Origin: an uncultured Chloroflexia bacterium
Lineage (GTDB): Bacteria > Chloroflexota > Anaerolineae > Anaerolineales > Anaerolineaceae
Reading direction: 5' to 3'
DNA: 32,000 nt
Assembly (NCBI GenBank): GCA_963704755.1
Contig: OY969938.1
Span: 150,001-182,000 of the forward strand
Of the stretch, positions 7,824 to 17,830 are shown piece by piece. The notes under the pieces were generated by a model that was not told the origin of the DNA, did no database searches, and saw only the letters and a list, made by a program, of their open reading frames with translations. The stretch's first letter is position 1; every line of letters starts with the position of its first letter. The position numbers and the translations under genes were made by a program.

Positions 7824-9575
7824 ATGGACAAGACAACCTACCAGTTATACAGTGAAAAAGTCGTTATCCGCTTACGCGGAAAAATTTGCGAAACATCCGA
7901 AGAACTGCTTTCGAGTGATTTATTCCGCAATGTCTTAATTGGTTATATTCGTGAACTCGACAAGCGTCAGTCGCGTTATTTAAATATTTTCCCCGAACGG
8001 AAATTTGGCGGAAAAGAGATCGACCAGTTGATTTCCACTTTCCATTTCCTGGTTAAACTTCCCAGCGACCTGGTGGTGAAAGTTTACGAGGATGCGGGAA
8101 AATTCTTGCAAGACCGAACCCTGTTGTATGATTTTGTCGAGCAACTCTATAATTACTGGCGCAGGCTGCACCGGGTTGTGATCAACGATACGACTTTGGA
8201 CCAGATGGATAAACGGCCCTACCGGACGTTTGGTGAGACGGTCGAGAAATTGATGCATGTCGTCCGCAGCACCTACCGGGACATCCAGGAAAACATCAGC
8301 GGCAACCACCCGCGCGTTTATCGCCAGGTCAGCGCTGGCGCTGAGATCGGCGCGATTGCCCTGCCGACCCCCATCCCTTATCCTAACGGCGATTATTCCT
8401 TTTTACGGGATGTTTCGGTCTTGCGCCAGATCCTGATTTACCCGCCTATGATTTTCAACTCCCCGAACAACAAGCGCAAGGGGATGTTCGAGCGGATCGA
8501 TTTCAACCCGATCAAGGGTGTGAAACTGAACCCCGAGGAATGGTTGTGCTATCCCGCCCGGGTAGGCGACCTGGTGATTATGGTTTATTTCTCGATCAAG
8601 TATTTCGAGCTGGGTTTTTCGCTGTGTAATTTATTCGAGATGGCCGAGAGCGATCAAATCACCCGCCAGCCGGATGCGATCTACCTGTTTGGCCTGGACG
8701 AGATTCCCGGTATCGGTGAGGGCCAGAACCAGACCGTCTTTTACGATGATCAAGAGCACGATATCATGGTCGGTGTGGTGCCGTTCAAGGATGAGTTTGG
8801 CTATTTCGGCTACCTGAAGAAAATGATCTTGACCCTGCACAACATCATCATGATGAAAAAGGGCCGCATGCCCTTCCATGGCGCCTATTTCCACATCCGC
8901 ATGCGCAGCGGCAAGGAATCCAACGTCCTGGTGTTAGGCGACAGCGGCGCGGGCAAATCGGAGACCCTGGAGGCCATGCGCCAGATAGCCGGGGACGCCG
9001 TGGAGGAGTTGATCGTCATTGCGGACGATATGGGCTCGCTTTCTATCGATGAACAGGGCCGGGTGATCGGCTACGGCACGGAGACCGGTGCATTCGTCCG
9101 CCTGGATGATTTGCAATCCGGCTATGCCTTGGGCCAAATCGATCGTACCATCATCATGAACCCGGACCAGGTCAATGCCCGGGTCGTGATCCCAATCACC
9201 AAGTTTGAGGATGTGACCCGTGGCTATCCGGTGGACCTGGTCATGTATGCCAACAATTACGATGTGGTCGACGAAAATTCTCCGGTGATCTCCCGTTTCG
9301 ATACGGCAGAGGATGCCATCGACATTTTCCGCTCCGGCGCGGTGATGAGTAAAGGCACGACCAATACCAAAGGTTTGGTGCATACTTATTTCGCCAATAT
9401 TTTTGGGCCGCCCCAGTACCAGGAGCTGCACGATAAAATTTCCCAAAAATTCTTCGACCAGTTCTTTGTCAACGGAATTTTTGTGGGTGAAATGCGCACG
9501 CAGTTGGGCGTACCGGGTATGGAACGAGAAGGCCCGGTGAATTCAGCCCATGCCCTGCTGGACCTTATTCAATAG
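7824..9575 (+). CDS. divergent PEP-carboxykinase/HprK-superfamily P-loop protein, function unknown
   Basis: ORF 7692..9575. The start is likely ATG 7824 (AGGTG 5 nt upstream) or ATG 7800. P-loop GDSGAGKSE, ADDMG, FGYFGYLKK, PFHGAYF and NSPNNKRKG are colinear with the PEPCK-ATP motifs. Confidence 0.7.
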   Translation: MDKTTYQLYSEKVVIRLRGKICETSEELLSSDLFRNVLIGYIRELDKRQSRYLNIFPERKFGGKEIDQLISTFHFLVKLPSDLVVKVYEDAGKFLQDRTLLYDFVEQLYNYWRRLHRVVINDTTLDQMDKRPYRTFGETVEKLMHVVRSTYRDIQENISGNHPRVYRQVSAGAEIGAIALPTPIPYPNGDYSFLRDVSVLRQILIYPPMIFNSPNNKRKGMFERIDFNPIKGVKLNPEEWLCYPARVGDLVIMVYFSIKYFELGFSLCNLFEMAESDQITRQPDAIYLFGLDEIPGIGEGQNQTVFYDDQEHDIMVGVVPFKDEFGYFGYLKKMILTLHNIIMMKKGRMPFHGAYFHIRMRSGKESNVLVLGDSGAGKSETLEAMRQIAGDAVEELIVIADDMGSLSIDEQGRVIGYGTETGAFVRLDDLQSGYALGQIDRTIIMNPDQVNARVVIPITKFEDVTRGYPVDLVMYANNYDVVDENSPVISRFDTAEDAIDIFRSGAVMSKGTTNTKGLVHTYFANIFGPPQYQELHDKISQKFFDQFFVNGIFVGEMRTQLGVPGMEREGPVNSAHALLDLIQ

Positions 9576-9598
9576 GAAGGTTCTTAGCAGAAGCGGTT

Positions 9599-10717
9599 AT
9601 GCAATATCACCGGATTGTTATAAAAATAGGCAGCTCGACCCTGACGGCCGGGACGAAGAAAGTTTCTCCGTCCCAGGTCGTCGACCTGGTTCGTTCGATC
9701 TGCCAGTTGTCTGGCGAAGGGCGGGACGTCGTAGTGGTTTCGTCCGGGGCCATCGCGGCCGGGCGCGAGGTGTTGGGTCAAGTCGACCTGCCGAAGTTCA
9801 TCCCTTCGAAACAAATGTTGGCGGCGGTTGGCCAACCACGTCTGATGGCGCTGTACGAACAGATCTTTGGTATCTACGACACCAAAGTCGCCCAGGTTTT
9901 ATTGACCCGCTCCGACCTGACCGATCGCAGGCGTTATTTGAACGCTCGTAACACCCTGGAGGCCTTGATCGGCCAGCGGGTAATCGGAATTATCAACGAA
10001 AATGACACCGTGGCAACCGAAGAAATCCGCTTCGGGGATAACGACAGCCTGTCCGCCCAGGTGGCCAACTTGATCGAGGCAGACCTGCTCATCTTGTTGA
10101 CCGACCAGGAAGGCCTGTATACTGGTGACCCGCGCACGACACCGGACGCCGAAATGATGACCCGCATCGAGGGCGAGGATATCCCCGAAGAAGTCTGGGC
10201 CGCGGCCGGCGGATCGGCGAACGGTTTGGGGACCGGCGGGATGCTGACCAAGCTCCAGGCGGCCGACCTGGCTCGCCGGGGTGGGACAACCGTGGTCATC
10301 GCTGGCGGTTCGCACCCGGAGAATATTCTGCGTATAGCCAACGACGACTGCTGTATTGGTACCTGGTTTATGCCGGTGCTGAACCAGTTGGAAGCGCGCA
10401 AGCGCTACATCCTGGCCGGAAATGCCCGCCGTGGCGCGGTGGTGGTGGACCGGGGTGCTGAAAAAGCCTTGATGGGCGGCAGCAGCCTGCTGCCTGCAGG
10501 AATCTCCGCGGTGGAAGGCGACTTCGAGCGCGGTGATACCGTCCACATTCATTCGCTGGCACAGCGTGAACTCGCCCTGGGGATCAGCAATTATTCCTCG
10601 CGCGATCTGGTTAAATGCCTGGGCTGCCAGTCGAGCGAGATCGAAAACCGGCTCGGGTACACTTATGGGGATGAGGCCATCCATCGCAATAATCTGGTTA
10701 TGATGACAACCTCCTGA
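9599..10717 (+). CDS. proB: glutamate 5-kinase with C-terminal PUA domain
   Basis: N-terminal IVIKIGSS amino-acid-kinase motif, typical 372-aa length, a PUA-like C-terminus, and proA follows. Confidence 0.95.
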   Translation: MQYHRIVIKIGSSTLTAGTKKVSPSQVVDLVRSICQLSGEGRDVVVVSSGAIAAGREVLGQVDLPKFIPSKQMLAAVGQPRLMALYEQIFGIYDTKVAQVLLTRSDLTDRRRYLNARNTLEALIGQRVIGIINENDTVATEEIRFGDNDSLSAQVANLIEADLLILLTDQEGLYTGDPRTTPDAEMMTRIEGEDIPEEVWAAAGGSANGLGTGGMLTKLQAADLARRGGTTVVIAGGSHPENILRIANDDCCIGTWFMPVLNQLEARKRYILAGNARRGAVVVDRGAEKALMGGSSLLPAGISAVEGDFERGDTVHIHSLAQRELALGISNYSSRDLVKCLGCQSSEIENRLGYTYGDEAIHRNNLVMMTTS

Positions 10718-10769
10718 CGGGGAGTAATTCAAACAATGTCTGTAATTACTCAGTCATCCCAGAATGAAT

Positions 10770-10824
10770 AGGGTGTTTTACTATTTATTGCAAGTGAAAC
10801 ATGCAATAAATAGTAAAACACCCT
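10770..10824. repeat. AT-rich 23-bp perfect palindrome between proB and proA
   Basis: AGGGTGTTTTACTATTTATTGCA (10770-10792) is the exact reverse complement of 10802-10824, with a 9-nt centre. Confidence 0.8.
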
Positions 10825-10894
10825 TCTCCTTCTGAATTTGCCTGAGCAGAAAACAGTGTCTTTGGCTAATGCGACGATAGAATGAGGTGGTGGA

Positions 10895-12157
10895 ATGATC
10901 GATATGGAAGTAATGGGCAAAAAAGCCAGAGCGGCTTCACGGAAGCTGGCTTTGGCCTCCAGCGTGCAGAAGGATGCTGCATTGGAACGAATTGCGGCGG
11001 GGCTGGAAGCCCGGCAGGAGACAATTTTGGCAGCCAATCAGGCGGATGTTGAGGCAGCCCGGGCCAACGGGCTTTCTGAGGCCATGCTGGACCGCCTGCT
11101 GATTAACCCCGAGCGCCTGGCAGGGATCGCCGCGGATTTACGCCATGTCGTCAGCCTGCCGGACCCGGTCGGCGAAGATTTCGAGGAGCGGGTTTTGGCG
11201 AACGGGCTAGAGGTGTACAAACAACGCGTGCCGATCGGTGTACTGGGTGTGATCTATGAGGCCCGGCCAAACGTGACCATCGACATAACCGGGCTGGCGT
11301 TGAAATCGGGGAACGCGGCCATCCTGCGCGGCGGCAGTGAAACGATCCGCAGCAATGAGGCTCTGGTGGAAGTCATCCAGGAAGCCTTGAGCGCATCCGG
11401 CCTGCCGGGAGAAGCGATTCAATTCATCAATTCACCCGACCGGCAACTGGTGGCTCAAATGCTGAGGTTGTACGAGTATATCGATATGATCATTCCGCGG
11501 GGCGGGGCAGGCCTGCACAAATACTGCCGCGAAAACAGCCTGATCCCGGTCATTGTGGGCGGGATCGGTATCTGTCACCTGTATGTGGATGAAACCGCCG
11601 GCCTGGATAAATCGCTGGATATTATTCACAACGCCAAAGTCCAGCGCCCTTCGGTGTGTAATGCGCTCGATACGGTCTTGCTCGACCAGCAGGCTGCCCG
11701 GCAATTCTTTCCGCCATTGGTAGACCGGATGGCTGCGGCCGGGGTGAAGGTCAAGGTACCTCAGGAAGATTTACACTACCTGCCGGAAGCGTACCAGGGC
11801 AAGGTAGAATTGGCCGGCCCGGGCGATTTCGATATCGAATGGCTGTCGTTGGTATTAGGGGTCAAGGTCGTGGCGGGCCTGCAGGAAGCTATCGATCATA
11901 TTAGCGTGCACAGCACCGGCCATTCGGACGGGATCTTGAGCGAAAAGAAGTCCGCGATTGACACATTTGTCGCTACCGTCAATTCGTCCGCGGTCTTTGT
12001 TAACGCCAGCACACGCTTCAACGACGGCGGGCAATTGGGGCTGGGCGCCGAGGTGGCCGTATCAACTCAGAAGCTGCACGCCCGTGGGCCCATGGCCTTA
12101 CGTGAGCTGACTTCGTACAAATGGGTGGTGGTCGGCAACGGGCAAACACGGCCATAA
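10895..12157 (+). CDS. proA: glutamate-5-semialdehyde dehydrogenase (gamma-glutamyl phosphate reductase)
   Basis: ALDH-like protein with catalytic Cys context [20 protein letters not shown] lies before ATG 10895. Length 420 aa. Confidence 0.95.
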   Translation: MIDMEVMGKKARAASRKLALASSVQKDAALERIAAGLEARQETILAANQADVEAARANGLSEAMLDRLLINPERLAGIAADLRHVVSLPDPVGEDFEERVLANGLEVYKQRVPIGVLGVIYEARPNVTIDITGLALKSGNAAILRGGSETIRSNEALVEVIQEALSASGLPGEAIQFINSPDRQLVAQMLRLYEYIDMIIPRGGAGLHKYCRENSLIPVIVGGIGICHLYVDETAGLDKSLDIIHNAKVQRPSVCNALDTVLLDQQAARQFFPPLVDRMAAAGVKVKVPQEDLHYLPEAYQGKVELAGPGDFDIEWLSLVLGVKVVAGLQEAIDHISVHSTGHSDGILSEKKSAIDTFVATVNSSAVFVNASTRFNDGGQLGLGAEVAVSTQKLHARGPMALRELTSYKWVVVGNGQTRP

Positions 12158-12172
12158 AAAAGAATCACGAAT

Positions 12173-12222
12173 TTAATATGTTTGCAGGGCCTTCGCCCCT
12201 GCAAACATATTAATTATTTTTT
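12173..12222. terminator. bidirectional intrinsic terminator between convergent proA and the DinB-like gene
   Basis: A 17-bp stem (12173-12189 / 12197-12213) with loop CCTTCGC, followed by a T-run on + and preceded by an A-run. Confidence 0.7.
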
Positions 12223-12261
12223 TAGATGTAGCGGAATACTAATAAAGAAAATTCAAAAAAT

Positions 12262-12744
12262 TTAGGATTTGGCTGTTTTGGTTTTGGCCCAGTCCTGGAT
12301 AGCATTGATATGGTGGGGATAATGGTCGAAGGTGTTGCTGGCGATTAGCTGCCAGGGCAGCCAGTCACCCGGCATATTGGCGAAGCTGGAAGCCTGGTTG
12401 AGGTCGTCCGGACCTAAAGCATCGAGGGCTGTCAGTAACTGCGGGTAAACCTGTTTGAACTCTGCCAGGACCTCCCGGGCAGGGCGGTCACGGTTGGCCT
12501 CGTAAATGCGGGCATTGCGCTCGTCCAGCGGAAGATCCCACCAGTCTGAGCCGGTCAAGTCGTGGGTGGTCAGAACTACCACCATTTCCTTTTCGTACCA
12601 GGCGATGTGGCTGAGAACATCCTTGACCGACCAGGTCCCGTAAATACCAGGAGTAGAAAGGTCTGCGATCGGGAGGTTGGGTAAAAATTCGTCGAATTGA
12701 TCGCGGAAATACGTAACGATTTCGATGAATGAGTTTTTGTCCAC
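12262..12744 (-). CDS. DinB-superfamily (ClbS/DfsB-like) four-helix-bundle protein
   Basis: 160 aa with His-containing motifs typical of DinB-like bundles (VLSHIAWYE, FDHYPHHINAI). GTG start with AAGGAA upstream. Confidence 0.6.
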   Translation of the reverse strand: MDKNSFIEIVTYFRDQFDEFLPNLPIADLSTPGIYGTWSVKDVLSHIAWYEKEMVVVLTTHDLTGSDWWDLPLDERNARIYEANRDRPAREVLAEFKQVYPQLLTALDALGPDDLNQASSFANMPGDWLPWQLIASNTFDHYPHHINAIQDWAKTKTAKS

Positions 12745-12874
12745 TGGTTCGTTCCTTTTCGGGGAAATAGATCCGGGAAACTTTTGAACCTAAACATGCA
12801 GGTAAAGACCTCGAATTCGGGAAGTGCTTACAAAGGCTCGAGTTGCTACACTAAAATTATAGTAGAATTCGGGC

Positions 12875-13579
12875 GTGAATGCAAAACCGGAATGGCAGCA
12901 ACAAGGCGAATGGACGATTAAACCGGCCGGTGAATTTGGGCTGTTGATCGAATTGCCCCAGCAAATCGACCGGGCTGCCAATCAAAAAATCCATAACCTG
13001 GCCAGGCGGCTGGCAGCACAACCCTTAGAGGGGATCAGCGAGCTGGTGCCGGGGTACTGCACGCTCTTCGTTCAATACGATCCAATGGCCATGCGCTACC
13101 CGGCTATGGTCGAGCGGATCCTGGCGGTTTTACAAGAACCTCTCTCTGGAACGGAGAATGCTCAAAGGGTGGTTGAGATCCCCACCATTTATGGCGGAGA
13201 TTATGGCCCGGACCTGGCCGGCGTGGCCGGCCTGAATCACCTGGACCCGGACGAGGTAGTGCGCATCCACAGCGGCGGGCGTTATTTTGTGTTCATGATG
13301 GGCTTTACCCCCGGTTTCCCTTACCTGGGCGGGCTGGACAAACGCATCGCGACCACCCGGCTGGCGACGCCGCGCACCCTGGTACCGGCCGGTGCGGTCG
13401 GTATCGCCGGCGACCAGACCGGGGTCTATTCGATTACCTCGCCGGGCGGCTGGCGGATTATCGGACGTACTGCGTTGAAATTATTCGACCGCGAGCGTGA
13501 GGATCCGTTCTTGTTGCAGCCGGGTGATGAAGTCCATTTTGTGCCGGTCACGGCAGCGGAGGCCGGCTTTGAGCGTTGA
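12875..13579 (+). CDS. pxpB: 5-oxoprolinase subunit B (KipI / allophanate hydrolase subunit 1 family)
   Basis: Family-typical sequence (MGFTPGFPYLGGLD, GWRIIGRT) and the gene order pxpB-pxpC-pxpA. The GTG start at 12875 is uncertain. Confidence 0.85.
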   Translation: MNAKPEWQQQGEWTIKPAGEFGLLIELPQQIDRAANQKIHNLARRLAAQPLEGISELVPGYCTLFVQYDPMAMRYPAMVERILAVLQEPLSGTENAQRVVEIPTIYGGDYGPDLAGVAGLNHLDPDEVVRIHSGGRYFVFMMGFTPGFPYLGGLDKRIATTRLATPRTLVPAGAVGIAGDQTGVYSITSPGGWRIIGRTALKLFDREREDPFLLQPGDEVHFVPVTAAEAGFER

Positions 13580-14558
13580 AGTCCTCTCTGCGGGCTTTTT
13601 TACGACCATCCAGGACCTGGGCCGTTACGGCTTTCAACGGTTTGGAGTACCGGCTTCCGGGCCGATGGATGAATTCGCTTTCCGGGCAGCCAACCTGCTG
13701 GTGGGTAACCCCGAAAACGCAGCGGCGCTGGAATGCGGTCCAGGAGATCTGCACTTGCGGGTCAGCACCGGGACGCTGCTGGCGGTGTGTGCCCCTTCAG
13801 GGGAGTTGTGGTTTGGCGGGAACTCGCAACCCTTGTGGACGGCCGTGTGGGCAGCCGCCGGACAGGCAATTCGCTACGAAGCGGTCACCCAGGGTGGCAC
13901 CTGGTCGTACATCGCATTTGCGGGGGGAATCGCCACGCCAATGGATCTGGGTTCACGTTCGACTTATTTACGAGCCGGGTTGGGCGGGCTGAATGGCCGC
14001 GATGTGCAAAGCGGAGACAGGCTGGAACTGGCCCGGCCTGGAGATGCACCGGAACGCTGCATCGGCGGCTCCCTTCCGAAAATCCGCCGATCTGCGTATA
14101 GCCAAAACGTGCAACTGGGGCTTACGCCGGGTCCACAGATAGACCGGTTCGACGCCCAGGTTATCGAAAGATTAGCGGCCGGGAGTTACCTGGTTCGCGC
14201 GGATTCGGACCGGATGGGTTATCGCCTGGAGGGTGAGCCTATCCCCGCAGCCAGCGGAGCGGATATCTACTCGGAAGGCATGGTCCGAGGGGCGGTCCAG
14301 GTGCCGGCTAGCGGGATGCCGATGGTCATGATGGCCGATTGTCCCACCAGCGGCGGATACACCAAAATCGGCTACGTCGTGCGGGCCGATTTGCCTTTGC
14401 TGGCCCAATGCCAGCCGGGCAGCGGGCGAGTGAGCTTCTATTGGGAAACGCTAGAAAAGGCCCAGGAACGTACCATCCAAATGATCACGGGATTACGTGA
14501 GAATATCCAATCATGCGGAGAGCCAGATTTTATTCAATGGGCAGGAGCCATAAAATGA
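13569..14558 (+). CDS. pxpC: 5-oxoprolinase subunit C (KipA / allophanate hydrolase subunit 2 family)
   Basis: ORF 13497..14558. TTG 13569 is preferred (GGAGG at 13558-13562) and gives an N-terminus LSVEVLSAGFFTTIQDLGR typical of the family. It overlaps the pxpB stop. Confidence 0.85.
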   Translation: MSVEVLSAGFFTTIQDLGRYGFQRFGVPASGPMDEFAFRAANLLVGNPENAAALECGPGDLHLRVSTGTLLAVCAPSGELWFGGNSQPLWTAVWAAAGQAIRYEAVTQGGTWSYIAFAGGIATPMDLGSRSTYLRAGLGGLNGRDVQSGDRLELARPGDAPERCIGGSLPKIRRSAYSQNVQLGLTPGPQIDRFDAQVIERLAAGSYLVRADSDRMGYRLEGEPIPAASGADIYSEGMVRGAVQVPASGMPMVMMADCPTSGGYTKIGYVVRADLPLLAQCQPGSGRVSFYWETLEKAQERTIQMITGLRENIQSCGEPDFIQWAGAIK

Positions 14559-15322
14559 GTGCAGAGATCAGAAGCGTGGATATCAATTGCGATATGGGTG
14601 AAAGTTTTGGGCGCTATTCATTAGGGAGAGACGATGAATTAATGCCCTGGATCACTTCTGCCAATATTGCCTGCGGGTTGCACGCCGGGGATTGGATGGT
14701 GATGGCCGCCACCGTAAAAATGGCGCACGCGCAGGGAGTGTTAATCGGCGCACACCCGGGTTATCCGGATTTACAGGGATTTGGCCGGCGGCCCATGACT
14801 ATGCCCGCGGAAGAGGTCGAGGAGATGGTGTTGTACCAGATCGGGGCCCTGGCAGGGTTTACCCGCGGATTTTCCGAAGGCATCCATCACGTCAAGGCCC
14901 ACGGGGCTTTATACAACCAGGCCGCCATGGATAGGGCATTGGCGGCGGCGATTGCCCGGGCGGTTAAACGTTTCAGCCCCACAATTACCCTGGTTGGGTT
15001 GGCCGGGTCGGAGCTGATCGCCGCCGGGCAGGAGGCAGGACTGCGGACCGCGGAAGAAGGCTTCCCGGAGCGAGGGTACGAGCAGGATGGCTCGCTGCGC
15101 TCGCGCAAGCTGCCGGGCGCAATGATCGAAGACCCGCTTGAGGCAGCCGAACAGGCCGTCCGGTTGGTGGTGGACGGAATCGAATTCCATCAAAATGGGC
15201 AGGTCACCCGGCGCAGCGTGGATACGCTGTGCATCCACGGCGACTCGCTGCATGCCCTGGCGATCGTTCAGGCAGTGCGGGAAGCGTTACAGGTTCGCGG
15301 TATCGCGATCAGTGCTTTCTGA
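14555..15322 (+). CDS. pxpA: 5-oxoprolinase subunit A (LamB/YcsF family)
   Basis: ORF 14513..15322. ATG 14555 overlaps the pxpC stop (ATGA). N-terminal motif DINCDMGESFG is present. Confidence 0.9.
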   Translation: MSAEIRSVDINCDMGESFGRYSLGRDDELMPWITSANIACGLHAGDWMVMAATVKMAHAQGVLIGAHPGYPDLQGFGRRPMTMPAEEVEEMVLYQIGALAGFTRGFSEGIHHVKAHGALYNQAAMDRALAAAIARAVKRFSPTITLVGLAGSELIAAGQEAGLRTAEEGFPERGYEQDGSLRSRKLPGAMIEDPLEAAEQAVRLVVDGIEFHQNGQVTRRSVDTLCIHGDSLHALAIVQAVREALQVRGIAISAF

Positions 15323-15333
15323 ACGCCGGCCAA

Positions 15334-17748
15334 TCAGCCTAAAATTACCTCGACAGGGTGCACCTGACCGTCGGCAAAATAAGGCACCAGGTTGCCGGCC
15401 AGCGGGCTGCCATCCACACTCAAACTGGCGACGTTGTGGTTGACATGCTGCGGATTTTTGACCGAAATGACATAGTCTGCGCCGCGGATCTTACGCCGGA
15501 CCTCGAAGCCGTCCCAGGCGGCCGGGATACAAGGATCAATCCGCAGGCCTGGATAGGCCGGGCGAATACCCAGAATCCACTGCGTGCCGGCCTGGTACAT
15601 CCAGGATGCAGTACCGGATAACCAGCTATTACGGGCCAGGCCGAACTGGGGGTGTTCATTGGCCAGGATGTTTTGCGGATAAACGTAAGGCTCGCATTCG
15701 TATTCTTCGATGCAGTCATTTTTGCCGGCCGGGTTGATCTGGGCGTAATAAGTGAAGGCACGGTCGCCGTGACCGAGCAGAGTCTCGGCGATGATCACCC
15801 AGGGATTGACGTGCAGGAATATCCCCCCGTTTTCTTTGGCGCCAGGCGGATAGGTGGTCAGGCCGCCTTTTTGCGGGTCGTAGCCGTTGAAGCTGGGCGC
15901 ACTGACTTTGATGCCATTGCGCGTGTTCAATTTCTCGAAAACGGCTTCCAGGGCTGCTGCCGCGCGATCTGGGGCGGCAAATCCGGAAAGGACCGGCCAG
16001 GCCTGGGCGTAGGCGTAAATCTGGCCAAACTCATTCTGGCTGGAGCCCAGCGGGACACCATTCTCATCATAATAGGCGCGGTACCAGTTACCGTCCCAGG
16101 CGGAGGCTGCAACTCGTTCGTTCATTCGGTTGTAAGCCGCCTGAAATTGGGATTCGTTTTCCCGGTCGCCGGTAAATTCACATAATTCGATCAGTTCCTG
16201 CAGGGCACGGCCATACAGGTTGGCGGTCAGCAAGGATTCGGCCCCGGCGGCTAAATTAACCGAGTCGTTCCAGTCGGCATAACCCAAAAGAGGCAAGCCG
16301 TGTGCACCCAGGTCAGACCCGGTGAAGCGTACTCCCCGGCAGAGATGATCGAAAACACTGGCGCTTTCCAACGCCGTGTCGTCTTTATTCTTTTCGTAAT
16401 AAGGGATGCTCCACTTAAGAAAATCGAAATCGCCGGTCTCTTTTAGGTAGGCACAAACCGCCAGAATGGCCCACAGGTGGTCGTCGCTGTAATACTGGGG
16501 ATGGTCGGGCTGTTCGACCGCGTCGCCGGTTTCGGCGACCATGGTCAGTGGGTTGAGCTGGTGGTAAGCCGAGCCGTTGCAGCGCTGGACGGAGAGCAGC
16601 TTGACCAGCAATTCCCTGGCCGCGGCCGGTGCCGAAGAGAGCACCGCCATCACGTCCTGGGCACTGTCCCGGAAGCCAATTCCGCGTGAACCGTAACCGA
16701 GTTGGTAGAGCGAGAGGTACCTGGACCAGTTCAAGGTGGTGTAACACTGGCGCGGGGTAAAGACGTTCAGCATGCGGTCGAAATCGGCCGAGGGGGTGTG
16801 AGCCTGGTAGGTGTTCAGGTAGCGGTCCCAGAAGACAGCCTGATCGGCAATAGCTGCTTCCACCTGGCCGGGATCGCGGTATTTCTGTAGGGTCTCTTTG
16901 GCCTGTTCGAAGGAAGCGGATTGGCCTAAGAGGGTAATGACGCGGCGGAATTCCCCTGGTTTGAGTTTACCCAGGTGGTGCATCAAGGCGGCGATGTTGT
17001 CGCCGCGGTTGGCCTGGGTATTCGAAAGCTCAGGTTTAGCCAGGCTGGCGGGCTGGGCCCAATTTCCCAAGGGGTTGGCACCCAGAAAAATGTGGCGGTC
17101 GGTCTCGAAGGAGGCAGCCGGGAAGTTGGAGGTGAAATAATTGACGGCCGTGTCGCGGTGCATGAAAGCGTACTGTACCAGCGTTTTCAGGCCGGCCTGG
17201 TCTTCCGCCAGGCGGCTCTGCATGGTCTGGGGCACCCAATCGGCGTTGGTGAGCTGTTTCAGGGCGTCAAAATGGGTATATTCGACCACCGGGACTACAT
17301 CAATTTCCAGCGGCCCGGCGCTCAGGTTCTTGATGCGGATATCGCGGACTTCACATTCGGCATCCTGGGGCACAAAAATAGTGACCGAGCATTCGATACC
17401 GTTCATGCGGCTGGTGATGCGGCTGTATCCCAGGCCCACCCGGCATTCGAAGAAATCATAAGGCGTCAGGCAGGGGGTGTAAAAAGGTGAAAAAACGCGG
17501 TACCCGTCGGAAGTATGGATACGCAGGTAAAGGCCCTCGCCTTTGAAGTCGCTATCCGGTTGGATGGCGATATAGCGGGTGATTCAATTCAAGGCCGGGT
17601 CTTGCCGGCAGATCAGGGCTCCGCCGGTATGATCGACAAAACCGCCAAAGGCCAGTGTGCCGATGTAATTGATCCACTTGACCGGGGTATTCGGGTTGGT
17701 GATGACGTATTCCCGGCTTTGTTCATCGAAATAACCAAAGTTCATTAA
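15334..17748 (-). pseudogene. GH94 glycoside phosphorylase paralogue (chitobiose/cellobionate/cellobiose phosphorylase-like) with an in-frame TGA at codon 55
   Basis: ATG 17748 (RBS GGAGAAG) opens MNFGYFDEQSREYVITNPNTPVKWINY...ALN, then TGA (17586-17584). The same frame continues ITRYIAIQPD... into ORF 15334..17439. The whole protein is colinear with the upstream GH94 gene. Confidence 0.85.
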
Positions 17749-17830
17749 ATCTTCTCCAGGATCAGGCTAGCGAACGTCTAGCCCGGCCAGACCAATTGGT
17801 GGCCGCGGACTGCCAACCGGGTTTTGAGGG

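Noticed and set aside
9899-10732. 277-aa minus-strand ORF covering proB.
   Set aside because: It is antisense to a canonical glutamate 5-kinase and has Arg/Gly/Ala-rich shadow composition.
17584-17586. In-frame TGA as selenocysteine or another recoding event (or an alternative genetic code).
   Set aside because: The aligned residue in the adjacent paralogue is Arg, not Cys. Only a weak 6-bp stem with a 16-nt loop follows the codon, which is not SECIS-like. TGA terminates several neighbouring genes, so the code is standard.
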